A stretch of DNA of 64,000 bases from Alphaproteobacteria bacterium (GTDB taxonomy: Bacteria > Pseudomonadota > Alphaproteobacteria > Rs-D84 > SZUA-605). The notes below the pieces were generated by a model. The model was not told the DNA's origin and searched no databases. It was given only the letters and a program-made list of their open reading frames with translations. The position numbers were made by a program, and so were the translations under genes. Positions within the stretch are counted from its first letter, which is position 1. Each line of letters opens with the position of its first letter. The stretch is from positions 256,001 to 320,000 of the forward strand of contig JAVBPW010000001.1 of NCBI GenBank assembly GCA_031549385.1, written 5' to 3'. Positions 38,771 through 47,740 of this stretch are shown one piece after another.

Positions 38771-39466
38771 GTATTTTTCTGGATTTACTGGTTTTAGATT
38801 TTTTCTGATTTCAAAGTGAAGTTGTTCTTCTTTGAATTTTCCAGTGTGGCCTACGGTTGCTATTTCTTCGCCAGTTTTTACATGAGTACCTAGTCTTGTT
38901 TTAATTGTTGATAGATGTGCATAAATTGTTATGAAATCATAATCATGTTTTATAATGATTGTATTCCCCATACCTTTTATATCATTGTTGATGTATATTA
39001 CTGTGCCTGATTGAGAACTTAATACTTTCTTTGCTTTGGTTGGAACTATATTTATTCCGTCGTTATATAAACCATTTTCTTGTTTTCCATATGCAGAGAT
39101 TATTTTACCTTCTAATGGAACTGAGAATTTATAATCTTGTGGAGCAGGTTGTTTTATTAATGAGGTTATTGTTTTTTCTTTTATAGAATCTAATTCTTTT
39201 CCTGCTTCATCTTTAGCTGTTTCAATTACTTGATTCTTTAAACTTGTTTTTATTGATTCCAAAATACCATGTCTATCACAGGTGTTTAATTTATCGCCTA
39301 TCTTTAAAACATAATTTGATGGGAGATTGTTGCATGTTAGAAATTCATCAACAGTCATACTGTTTGCTTTTGATAGAGAATATAATGTATCTCCCTTTTT
39401 TACCAAAATATCGTGGGCAAAGAGGTTGGTGGTACATAGTAAACATAAAATTAAGACTTTCTTCAT
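38762..39466 (-). CDS. LysM + M23 (NlpD-like) protein
   Basis: VKKGDTLYSLS LysM domain; NDGINI, IYAHL and LHFEIR in the M23 domain. Confidence 0.88.
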   Translation of the reverse strand: MKKVLILCLLCTTNLFAHDILVKKGDTLYSLSKANSMTVDEFLTCNNLPSNYVLKIGDKLNTCDRHGILESIKTSLKNQVIETAKDEAGKELDSIKEKTITSLIKQPAPQDYKFSVPLEGKIISAYGKQENGLYNDGINIVPTKAKKVLSSQSGTVIYINNDIKGMGNTIIIKHDYDFITIYAHLSTIKTRLGTHVKTGEEIATVGHTGKFKEEQLHFEIRKNLKPVNPEKYLK

Positions 39467-39484
39467 GGTTTTTATTATATCACA

Positions 39485-40207
39485 TTATTTGTCTTTTATA
39501 AATAAAAGAGTTATTTCGTATAAAGCTATTAAAGGTATTGACATTAATAATTGTGACAATACGTCTGGTGGGGTTAGTATGGCTGCTATAAATACGGCTA
39601 GTACTATAAAATATCTTCTGAACTTTTTTAGTTTTGCTTTTGTTACTATTCCTAATTTTACTAATAACCATAGAACTATTGGAAGTTCAAAGGCAGCTCC
39701 GAATCCTAGTAATATCATTAAGAAAAATGAAAAGTATTCGTTTATATTCTGAAATAATGAAATTGTTATTTCTGGGGTTGATACTTGTGAGTTATAAGTT
39801 GTGAAGAATTCTATAACTATTGGCATTATTAGAAAATAACAAAATACTATACCACATAGAAATAAAAAAGGTGCCAAAAAAAGAATTGGAAATATGGAAT
39901 TCTTTTCATTCTTTTTTAATGCTGGTTTTACAAATGCCCAAGCTTGAATAATCAAAAATGGGATTGTTGCTATGAAGGCTAATTTCAGGCTGGTTGTTAT
40001 GAAGAACATAAATAGATCAGGGATATTTGTATATATCAAAGTTAAATCTGTGTTTACTTTTGATAAAGGCAAAAATAAAAATTCTAGAATTTGTGTTTTG
40101 AAAATGTAAGCTATTATAAAAGCTCCTAATAAGAATAAAAGAATATAAAGAACTCTTTTCCTTAATTCATCCAAATGTTGCATAAGAGTTTGTTTAGTCA
40201 TCTTCAT
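39485..40207 (-). CDS. tatC: Twin-arginine translocase TatC
   Basis: HLDELRKR, WAFVKPAL, FG.AFELP, AILTPPDV.SQ, LYE. Confidence 0.96.
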   Translation of the reverse strand: MKMTKQTLMQHLDELRKRVLYILLFLLGAFIIAYIFKTQILEFLFLPLSKVNTDLTLIYTNIPDLFMFFITTSLKLAFIATIPFLIIQAWAFVKPALKKNEKNSIFPILFLAPFLFLCGIVFCYFLIMPIVIEFFTTYNSQVSTPEITISLFQNINEYFSFFLMILLGFGAAFELPIVLWLLVKLGIVTKAKLKKFRRYFIVLAVFIAAILTPPDVLSQLLMSIPLIALYEITLLFIKDK

Positions 40208-40406
40208 TTTTTAATAACTCTTTCTTTATTTTTGATACTTCTTTTTTAATGTTTATATCTTCTTCAAATAAGGAAGATGTGAAGTTTTTAAACTTTCTTA
40301 ATAGAATCCCGGCATTTCGAGCCAAAAATTTCCAGTCTTTTGGTGATAGTATTACTAAACATACTATGAAGATTACAAATAATTCTAAGAAAGACATGTT
40401 GAACAT
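40194..40406 (-). CDS. tatB: Twin-arginine translocase TatB/TatA
   Basis: MFNMSFLEL.VI....LVIL.PKD; upstream of tatC. Confidence 0.8.
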   Translation of the reverse strand: MFNMSFLELFVIFIVCLVILSPKDWKFLARNAGILLRKFKNFTSSLFEEDINIKKEVSKIKKELLKNEDD

Positions 40407-40769
40407 TTAATTTGATAAATCCTTTTTAACTTTATCAGAACTTAATAGTTTTTCTATTCTGCCTACTTCATCCAATGTATTGTCATACAAGAATTTAATT
40501 TCTGGCATCTTTTTCATATCCATAATTTTAGTTAACTCAAATCGAAGAGTTTTATTTATCCTTTTTAATTCTTGTTGAATAGCTTTGTCGTCTTTTGAAT
40601 GTGTGTAGAAAACATTTGCTATTGAGAAGTCTGGATTTAATCTTACTTCTGTGATTGTGATTGATTTTAAATCTTTATCTAATAAGTAGTCATCCTTTAT
40701 CCAAAAGTTTGAAAGTTTTCTTTTAAATAATTCACTTGCTTGGATTTGGCGCTGGGTCATTTCTCTCAT
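40407..40769 (-). CDS. rbfA: Ribosome-binding factor A
   Basis: ITITEVRL.PD.S.A.VFY, PEI.F.YD.T....RIE.LL. Confidence 0.92.
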   Translation of the reverse strand: MREMTQRQIQASELFKRKLSNFWIKDDYLLDKDLKSITITEVRLNPDFSIANVFYTHSKDDKAIQQELKRINKTLRFELTKIMDMKKMPEIKFLYDNTLDEVGRIEKLLSSDKVKKDLSN

Positions 40770-41158
40770 ATCTTTATTATATCTCCTACTTTAATATTGT
40801 GTTTATCGCAGAAGTTAGCATTTACTTCAAGTACATATCTGGCTTCCTTATCACATGTTATGCTTTTTTCTGATAATGGTGTTGTGTCTTTTGCTATGCA
40901 CAATATCTTGCCTTTAGAATCAGCAAAAATCATGTCTAATGGAAGATAAGTGTTTTTCATCCACATGGAAATGTATTGAGGAACAAAATAAAAAAGCATT
41001 CCACAATTTTCACACATTTCTTTTTGAAACATTAATCCCTTTGCTTGCTCTTCACGAGTTACGGCTTTGGTTATTCTAATTTCAGTGTCATTGATTTTGA
41101 CAGTATCAGAATCACATGCACATAAAATAAAAGGTAATATCATAAGTAATTTTTTCAT
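40766..41158 (-). CDS. DUF192 family lipoprotein
   Basis: GLMF, GMLF, WMKNT.LPLDMIF, YVLEVNA. Confidence 0.9.
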   Translation of the reverse strand: MKKLLMILPFILCACDSDTVKINDTEIRITKAVTREEQAKGLMFQKEMCENCGMLFYFVPQYISMWMKNTYLPLDMIFADSKGKILCIAKDTTPLSEKSITCDKEARYVLEVNANFCDKHNIKVGDIIKI

Positions 41159-41243
41159 GAGCAAATTATAGAATCTGTTATGATTTTAGTCAAGTTTTGA
41201 AATTAGAAATCCGCAGATGTTTTAGGTTTATATAATTTTTTGC

Positions 41244-41300
41244 GAAAAAAATTTGTCCAGAAATGAAAAAAACTTGCAATTTGGAAAAAAAAGTTGCAAT
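41244..41300 (+). promoter_or_regulatory. Three ~20-bp-periodic direct repeats upstream of the XRE regulator
   Basis: GAAAAAAATTTGTCCA, GAAAAAAACTTGCAAT, GAAAAAAAAGTTGCAAT. Confidence 0.4.
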
Positions 41301-41332
41301 GTATTCTTAATTAATAAACAAAGGAGTTTAAT

Positions 41333-42358
41333 ATGCCTGAAGAAATAGTATTCCCAAATAAAATTAGAGTATTACGTCGCCAACAAAATAAAAAAATGCA
41401 AGATTTGGCTGATTTTGTAGGTTTGTCTTTGTCTGCGTTATCTAAAATTGAAAAAGGTTTTAGACGTCTTAATCATCAACAATCTGTTAAAGTAGCCGAT
41501 TTTTTAAATTGTGAAATTTCTGATTTATATTTGACAGAAAAAGATGCTGATTCAGCTATTACTCAAGTTTGGCAAGATGTTGTTGCTGACCGAATCAAAA
41601 AGAATCAAAACTCTGGATTGAAAATTTTAGCTGCAGGGCTTCGTTTTATTAGAATGGAAAAAAATCTTACTTTAAATCAATTGGCAGAAAAGGCTAAGAT
41701 TACTGTTTCTGTTTATCACCGAATCGAACATGGGGAAAGACCTATATATGAAAATGAACTTGTTGCTATTGCAAAAGTTTTGGGATTACCTCCTCATAAA
41801 TTAATTGAAGAAATTTATCACCTTTATAAGGGTGGAGTTCTTGAAAATTTCAAATTTAAAAATAAAAAAAGCAGAGAAAAACCTTCTGTGTCTGTTGATA
41901 AAAATAGCTTATTGCATTTATCTAAATCTCTTTATGGGGAAAAATTGTTTAAAAATTCTAAACAAAAATTATTACCTCTTTTGGGAACAGCTAAAAAAGA
42001 CGAAGGTGTTTATATAAGCAAGAAAAGTGATGATGTTGTTGAAGCTCCATTTTCTATTGTTAATGAAGAAGACTTTTTTGCGTTTTATGCTGATACAAAA
42101 TCTTTGAAAAATGTATTTCCTAAAGATGCTTTATTTTTTGCTCAAAAAGTAGATGCTTATGAAATTGGAGATATTATTTTACTTGCTGATAAATCTTTTG
42201 ATGATGCAGATGAAATGACTGCTAAATTAATGAATCTTAAAGAAGATTTAGATGGAAGTTCTTATCTTGTTTCTTGGAATTTAGATGATAAAATTCTTGT
42301 AAATAAAGATTTATTAAAGAAAATGAGAAAAGTTTGTTTCATCGATATGAAAAAATAG
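41333..42358 (+). CDS. Transcriptional regulator with two XRE HTH domains
   Basis: NKIRVLR...LADFVGLS.SALSKIEKG and LRFIR...LAEKA.I.VS..HRIEHG; the C-terminus may be a degenerate S24-like domain. Confidence 0.85.
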   Translation: MPEEIVFPNKIRVLRRQQNKKMQDLADFVGLSLSALSKIEKGFRRLNHQQSVKVADFLNCEISDLYLTEKDADSAITQVWQDVVADRIKKNQNSGLKILAAGLRFIRMEKNLTLNQLAEKAKITVSVYHRIEHGERPIYENELVAIAKVLGLPPHKLIEEIYHLYKGGVLENFKFKNKKSREKPSVSVDKNSLLHLSKSLYGEKLFKNSKQKLLPLLGTAKKDEGVYISKKSDDVVEAPFSIVNEEDFFAFYADTKSLKNVFPKDALFFAQKVDAYEIGDIILLADKSFDDADEMTAKLMNLKEDLDGSSYLVSWNLDDKILVNKDLLKKMRKVCFIDMKK

Positions 42359-42410
42359 TTTGCTTATTTTCTTTTTAAGACGCAAAATAATAGGAAATTA
42401 AGGAGAGCAT

Positions 42411-42854
42411 ATGAACAAAGAAATTGCTAAACAAAACAGTAAAGATAATCTTTGGCTTTTAAGACATTTTGTCGATTTGACAGCTTATATCGAAAAAAGC
42501 TTGAAAATTGTTTCTATGATTTGTGTGCTTAAAGATAATATGCCTTTGGAAAAATATGATAATATTGGTTTCTTGTTTGACCTTTTTGATTATCAGATTA
42601 ATATTGGGGAACGTATTCTTGCTACATATGATGATGCAACCGTTAAACAATTTTTACCTGGTGGAATTAATACAGTTAAAGCTGTTATCCAAAAATTAAA
42701 AGATAGAAAGATGAATGACTTTTTAAAGTTTAGTGACTCTTTTGATGATGTTAATGATTCAGGTGATCTTTCAAAAAGAGATTTACAAGATAGAATATTT
42801 AAAATGGCTAAGAAAGAAGATAAAGCTGCACCAAATAAAGAAAAGAAAAAATAA
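42411..42854 (+). CDS. Hypothetical protein
   Basis: 147-aa ORF with an AAGGAG ribosome-binding site. Confidence 0.7.
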   Translation: MNKEIAKQNSKDNLWLLRHFVDLTAYIEKSLKIVSMICVLKDNMPLEKYDNIGFLFDLFDYQINIGERILATYDDATVKQFLPGGINTVKAVIQKLKDRKMNDFLKFSDSFDDVNDSGDLSKRDLQDRIFKMAKKEDKAAPNKEKKK

Positions 42855-42865
42855 GGATTTTGTAT

Positions 42866-44134
42866 ATGAAAAAATATTTTATGGTTGTTCTTGTTCTTAT
42901 GTGTGCTTGTGATACTAATTACAAGAGAGATACTGTATACGAGCTTGATGTTAAAGAAGTTCCTTATGTTGGAGCTAATACTCGTCCTATGTATCCTAAG
43001 ATGCCATCAAGAACTTTGGAAAATGTTTCTAGATTCTCTTTGGATTTACCTTATAGATGTGATCCAAATTGGGAAGATCAAAAAATAGTTAAAACTGAAG
43101 CTTTTGATAAAGACCATTTTGATGTTGTGAATGTGTCTAAAGGTGATGACCTTCCATTGTTTATGGTTAAAAGTTTTAGTATAGATAATTTACCACTTGA
43201 TGAAGCATTAAAGAAACTTTTCAATAAAACAGATATTCAAATAAAAGGATATGATCCTATTTATCCTTATGTGTCTTTAAATGAAACTGATGGTATGATT
43301 GATGTTGTTTTAGATATGCTTTCTGAATTATCTCAAGTTTATTATACTTATGATAAAAAAACAAAAACTATTTATCTTTCAAGAGATTCTAAATTTGAAT
43401 TATCAGTGCCTTTATCAGAAGATGCTATACTTGCAGTGTTAGATGCTATGTATGGTATGGGAATCGATGGAATCGTTGTTGATTGGGAAGATAAAGTTCT
43501 TCGTTTTAAGGGAAATAAAAATACTGAAAAAACTGTAAAAAAATTAATCAAAGAAATGGGTGAAGAAAAAACTCTTATCGCTTATGATATTAATGTTTAC
43601 AGGGTTTATCCAAAAGGAAATGAAAGTTTAAAGTGGATGGATCTGTTGAAGGCATTTAAAGCTGGAACTGTTAAATCTGAGAATCCTGGAACTATTGGAA
43701 AATTACTTGTTGTTGAAAATAATTTGTCACCTCGTACTTTGAAAGAATTCGTGTTAGAACGTGCCGATATGCAACTTATTAGTACTGGATCTTTTATTGT
43801 TCCGAATCGTTGGCAGGGAAGATTTGATATTGGAAGCTGTGCAAGAAAAGCTAATTTAGAACAAAATATGTTCGTTATGGCACAGGCTAAATATGAACCT
43901 AATGTTTGGAAAAAAGATCATTTAGATTCTAAGTTTTATATGAAAGCAAAAGATGGCGATATTACATCATTTGATGTGTCTGCAAGACTTGGAGAAAATT
44001 ATTTGATTATTGGTATTCCTACACATTACTTTGTTGAAGAATATTCAACTCCTATTAATCCAAATACAGAACTTGTGATGTTTGTTAGCCCTAGAATTAT
44101 TAATATTGTAGATATGAGAAATGCAGATGAATAA
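42866..44134 (+). CDS. Secretin-like lipoprotein (BfpB/PilN-like)
   Basis: Lipobox; N0-like 'L.EAL..L' segment; C-terminal ELVMFVSPRII secretin-type motif. Confidence 0.55.
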   Translation: MKKYFMVVLVLMCACDTNYKRDTVYELDVKEVPYVGANTRPMYPKMPSRTLENVSRFSLDLPYRCDPNWEDQKIVKTEAFDKDHFDVVNVSKGDDLPLFMVKSFSIDNLPLDEALKKLFNKTDIQIKGYDPIYPYVSLNETDGMIDVVLDMLSELSQVYYTYDKKTKTIYLSRDSKFELSVPLSEDAILAVLDAMYGMGIDGIVVDWEDKVLRFKGNKNTEKTVKKLIKEMGEEKTLIAYDINVYRVYPKGNESLKWMDLLKAFKAGTVKSENPGTIGKLLVVENNLSPRTLKEFVLERADMQLISTGSFIVPNRWQGRFDIGSCARKANLEQNMFVMAQAKYEPNVWKKDHLDSKFYMKAKDGDITSFDVSARLGENYLIIGIPTHYFVEEYSTPINPNTELVMFVSPRIINIVDMRNADE

Positions 44135-45422
44135 AATATTGAGTACTATTAAAAAAGCGAAATTTCCTGTGACTTTTTATGAATGGATGTTGGCTAAGAG
44201 ATATCTTAAAGGTAGAGCAAAAGATAAATTCTTTTCAGTGATTACTTGGTTTTCATTACTTGGAATTGCTATTGGTGTTGCTGTGCTCATTATTGTTATG
44301 TCTGTTATGAATGGATTTAGAGCTGAAATGCTTTCTAATATTCTTGGAATTAATGGACATGTTATGGTTTATTCTGCAACTGGGCGTTCTTTTGATAATT
44401 ATGAACAAGTTATTAATACTATTAAATCAGACGATGTATTAAAAAAAGATGTTACTTTTGTGATGCCTCTTACTGAAGGACAAGTTATGTTTGCTCATGA
44501 AGGAAGAAGTAAAGGTGGTCTTGTTCGTGGAATTAAAGCAACTGACTTAAAACAATATACTTTGCTTGATAAAAATATTTATGGTGTAGATTTTGCTTCT
44601 ATTAAAGATAATGAAATTATTATTGGAGATAAATTAGCTTTCTCACTTGGTGTTAGAATCGGTGATGAAGTTACTATTACTTCTGCTAATGGAAATATTA
44701 CTGCTTTTGGTGTTGTGCCTCGTATTCGTTCTTATAGAGTTGCAGGAACATTTAGTGTTGGTATGTATCAATATGATTCATCATTCGTATTTATGAAGTT
44801 AGATGCATCACAATTATATTTAAATATGGAAGGGGCAGTTAGCCATGTTGAAATATTTACTAATAATCCTGATAATGCACGTGCTGTTAAAAATAGAGTT
44901 GCTAACATGCTTGGACCAGATTATAGAGTACTTGATTGGCAAGATCTTAATTCATCATTTTTTGGTGCTTTGAAAGTTGAACAAAATGTTATGTTCCTTA
45001 TTCTTACATTAATAATTTTAATTGCTGCATTTAATATTGTTAGTGGGCTTGTTATGCTTGTTAAAGATAAAGGCAAGGATATTGCTATACTTAGAACTGT
45101 TGGTATGAGCAAAAATTCTGTTATGAAAGTGTTTATGTGTGCTGGTTTTTATATTGGTCTTATGGGTACTTTTTTTGGAACTTTGTTTGGTCTTTTAATA
45201 TGCTATAATATTGGTGCTATTCAAAAGGCTATGAACTATATCACTGGGGTTGATTTATTTGCTGCTGAAGTTTACTTTTTATCCCAATTGCCGGCAGAAG
45301 TACATATTATTGAGGTAATTTGGATTGTTGTTATGGCACTTTCTATATCACTTATTGCGTCTTATTACCCTGCTAGACGTGCATCTAAATTAGATCCTGT
45401 GGAGGCACTTAGAAATGAATAG
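44121..45422 (+). CDS. lolC: Lipoprotein-releasing ABC permease LolC/E
   Basis: SLLGIAIGVA.LI.V.SVMNGF, AAFNIVS.L.M.VKDK..DIAILRT.G, YPARRASKLDPVEALR.E. Confidence 0.93.
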   Translation: MQMNKILSTIKKAKFPVTFYEWMLAKRYLKGRAKDKFFSVITWFSLLGIAIGVAVLIIVMSVMNGFRAEMLSNILGINGHVMVYSATGRSFDNYEQVINTIKSDDVLKKDVTFVMPLTEGQVMFAHEGRSKGGLVRGIKATDLKQYTLLDKNIYGVDFASIKDNEIIIGDKLAFSLGVRIGDEVTITSANGNITAFGVVPRIRSYRVAGTFSVGMYQYDSSFVFMKLDASQLYLNMEGAVSHVEIFTNNPDNARAVKNRVANMLGPDYRVLDWQDLNSSFFGALKVEQNVMFLILTLIILIAAFNIVSGLVMLVKDKGKDIAILRTVGMSKNSVMKVFMCAGFYIGLMGTFFGTLFGLLICYNIGAIQKAMNYITGVDLFAAEVYFLSQLPAEVHIIEVIWIVVMALSISLIASYYPARRASKLDPVEALRNE

Positions 45423-46134
45423 TATTTTGAAAAATATTGAAGTCGAAAAACCAAGAAGTGATAAAGACGTTGTATTAGAACTTAAGAATGTTTCACATTG
45501 GTTCTATCAAGGTGGGGTGAAAATCGAAATCCTTAATAATGCTTCATTTCAAATTAAAAGAGGTGAATGTGTTGCGTTAGTTGGACCTTCTGGATGTGGT
45601 AAGTCTACATTACTTCACTTGGCTGGATTGTTAGAAAGACCAAAAGATGGTGATATTATTATTAATGGTAAAAAAGCACAAGATTTACATGATGATAAAA
45701 AGACTAATATTCGTTTAAGTAAAATCGGATTTGTTTATCAATCTCATAATTTACTTGGTGATTTTACTGCACTTGAAAACGTTATGATTCCTATGTATCT
45801 TGGTGGAAAGAATAAAGAAGAAGCAAAATTTTTAGCAACTACATTACTTAAAAAAATGGGATTGGAAAAAAGAATTACTCATATTCCTACTCAAATGTCT
45901 GGCGGGGAAGCTCAACGAGTTGCTATTGCTCGTGCAATTGCTAATGATCCTGAATTGTTGCTTGCTGATGAACCAACTGGAAATTTAGATCCTAAGACTT
46001 CTGATTTTGTGTATGATGAATTAATTAGATCTGTTAAAGAAAAAAAATTAACAGCGTTAATAGTTACTCATGATGTGAATTTGGCTAGAAAGATGGATAG
46101 GGTGTTGCGTCTCAAAAATGGTCAAATAATTTAG
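45415..46134 (+). CDS. lolD: Lipoprotein-releasing ABC ATPase LolD
   Basis: GPSGCGKST, GFVYQ.H.LL.DFTALENV, SGGE.QRVA, ADEPTGNLD. Confidence 0.95.
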   Translation: MNSILKNIEVEKPRSDKDVVLELKNVSHWFYQGGVKIEILNNASFQIKRGECVALVGPSGCGKSTLLHLAGLLERPKDGDIIINGKKAQDLHDDKKTNIRLSKIGFVYQSHNLLGDFTALENVMIPMYLGGKNKEEAKFLATTLLKKMGLEKRITHIPTQMSGGEAQRVAIARAIANDPELLLADEPTGNLDPKTSDFVYDELIRSVKEKKLTALIVTHDVNLARKMDRVLRLKNGQII

Positions 46135-46259
46135 GGACACATTGAAAATGGGCTGCAAATAACATTTTTGTAAAATTGCCCAACATCGACGTATGTTAAT
46201 ACGCCTTCGTCGTTCAATTTTACAAGAAATATCATTGTTCGCCTCATTTTGAATGTGCC
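46135..46259 (+). repeat. Palindromic element E4 (full length, 125 bp)
   Basis: Nested inverted repeats: CACATT-G-AAAATG/CATTTT-G-AATGTG, TTGTAAAATTG/CAATTTTACAA, CGTAT/ATACG. Confidence 0.85.
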
Positions 46260-46298
46260 ATTGATATTAAAAAAAATTTCTTATTAAAAATTAAAATT

Positions 46299-46679
46299 AT
46301 GATTATATATACAGGTTATTTTGAAAAGCTCTTAAAATATCTTGGGGATGATTTGTTTCCTATTTCAGTTTGTGGTAAAGCTCCTGATGATTATCATGGA
46401 GTACAATATAAAAGGCTAGCTCCTAAAAAATGGTTTTTTGATAAATATGCAAGAGGTGAGTTTTCTGAAGAAGATTATACCAAATTTTACAAAAAAGAAG
46501 TATTGGAACCTCTTAATATTCAGGAAGTATATGCTAGATTAATGCAGCTTTCTGGAGGAGTAAATGTTGTATTGCTTTGTTATGAACAATATGGATATGA
46601 CTTTTGTCATAGGCATTTGGTCAGTAAGTGGTTTAGAGAATATGGGTTTAAATCTCAAGAATTCTTAGCTTATTTTTAA
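46299..46679 (+). CDS. DUF488-like protein
   Basis: IYTGYF, LAP, VLLCYE...FCHRHLV..W. Confidence 0.8.
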   Translation: MIIYTGYFEKLLKYLGDDLFPISVCGKAPDDYHGVQYKRLAPKKWFFDKYARGEFSEEDYTKFYKKEVLEPLNIQEVYARLMQLSGGVNVVLLCYEQYGYDFCHRHLVSKWFREYGFKSQEFLAYF

Positions 46680-46781
46680 AAGGGGAGGTTTTCTCCTCTT
46701 TTTTTAATGGGTATTGACTTATTTTATATTGAGATTAAGATGTAAGGGCTTAATTAAAATAATCAAACTTAAATAATACAT

Positions 46782-47306
46782 ATGAATAAATTTTTATTTC
46801 TTCGCCTTTATGGGCGATACATTTTGAAGGGCTTGCTTTATGTGGCTTTGTTCGTTGTTTTCCTTATAGTTTTTAAGTATTTTGATGCTAAAAGGGAAAC
46901 TGGTTTTCTTGTTGTTGCATCCGTAATTGGAATGATTTGGGTGTTTATTGAATTAATCCAATGGGGAATTAGACCTCCTAAAGAAGTTGAAACATTAACA
47001 TTCAAGATTAATCCTTTATACAAGAAGCTGCTTTTAGCATTTATTGTTGTTTCTGTTGCTATGTTCTCTTTTGAATTATGGGGCATGCTAATTGTGAAAC
47101 CTTTAAATGATGGTGGTGGCTTTTTACCGAGAGTATTAATTGGCTTTTTTGGACAGGTAGCACTTATTGTGTTATTTGTTATAGTTTTGAAAAGAGTTGT
47201 ACTTACAATTCATATAGAAAAAGAGCGTCATCAAAACATCTTTTTTTATGGTTTTTGTGCAATACTATGTTTTGTAGTTATTATGGATTATTTTTTAAAA
47301 CCATGA
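46782..47306 (+). CDS. Hypothetical membrane protein
   Basis: Five hydrophobic segments; the C-terminal part resembles the next ORF. Confidence 0.7.
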   Translation: MNKFLFLRLYGRYILKGLLYVALFVVFLIVFKYFDAKRETGFLVVASVIGMIWVFIELIQWGIRPPKEVETLTFKINPLYKKLLLAFIVVSVAMFSFELWGMLIVKPLNDGGGFLPRVLIGFFGQVALIVLFVIVLKRVVLTIHIEKERHQNIFFYGFCAILCFVVIMDYFLKP

Positions 47307-47626
47307 GAGCAATATTATTTGAAAATCCATTCAGAAAGAAAATGTTTTTAACCGGACTTGTTGTTTTTGGAAGTTATACTTTTTTCGAGATATGGAATAG
47401 GGTTGTCGTTGCATGGCTTGATGAGCATTATACATTAGTAGCACGTATTGGAATTGGTTTTACTGGCCAATTGTTAGGAATACTTTTGTTTGCTTTACTT
47501 TTGAAAAGAGTAACTTCTATAAAATTAGAACATGTAGAAGATCGAGTGAATTATGTATGGGGATTTATCACTGTTGTAATTCTTGTTATAGTCTTAGCTT
47601 TAGGTTTAAAACCTCTTTTATGGTAA
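47303..47626 (+). CDS. Hypothetical membrane protein (paralog of the upstream C-terminus)
   Basis: Shared NP..K, FE.W, R..IGF.GQ and LKRV motifs; ATGA overlap at 47303. Confidence 0.7.
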   Translation: MRAILFENPFRKKMFLTGLVVFGSYTFFEIWNRVVVAWLDEHYTLVARIGIGFTGQLLGILLFALLLKRVTSIKLEHVEDRVNYVWGFITVVILVIVLALGLKPLLW

Positions 47627-47715
47627 CGTTAATGTTTAAAGTTATGGTAACAATAGCATGTGCTAGTCTGATTTATTGGCTGGTAAAGCTTTTTAAAAAA
47701 GAAGATAAAAAAAAT

Positions 47716-47740
47716 AAGAGGTGATTTTTCACCTCTTTTT
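47716..47740. terminator. Bidirectional terminator at the uvrA 3' end
   Basis: AAGAGGTGA-TTTT-TCACCTCTT flanked by A and T runs. Confidence 0.7.

Noticed and set aside
38762-39466. Degenerate M23 zinc site (NDGINI) as a novel pseudo-enzyme
   Set aside because: Degenerate LytM domains are the known norm for NlpD/EnvC-type amidase activators.
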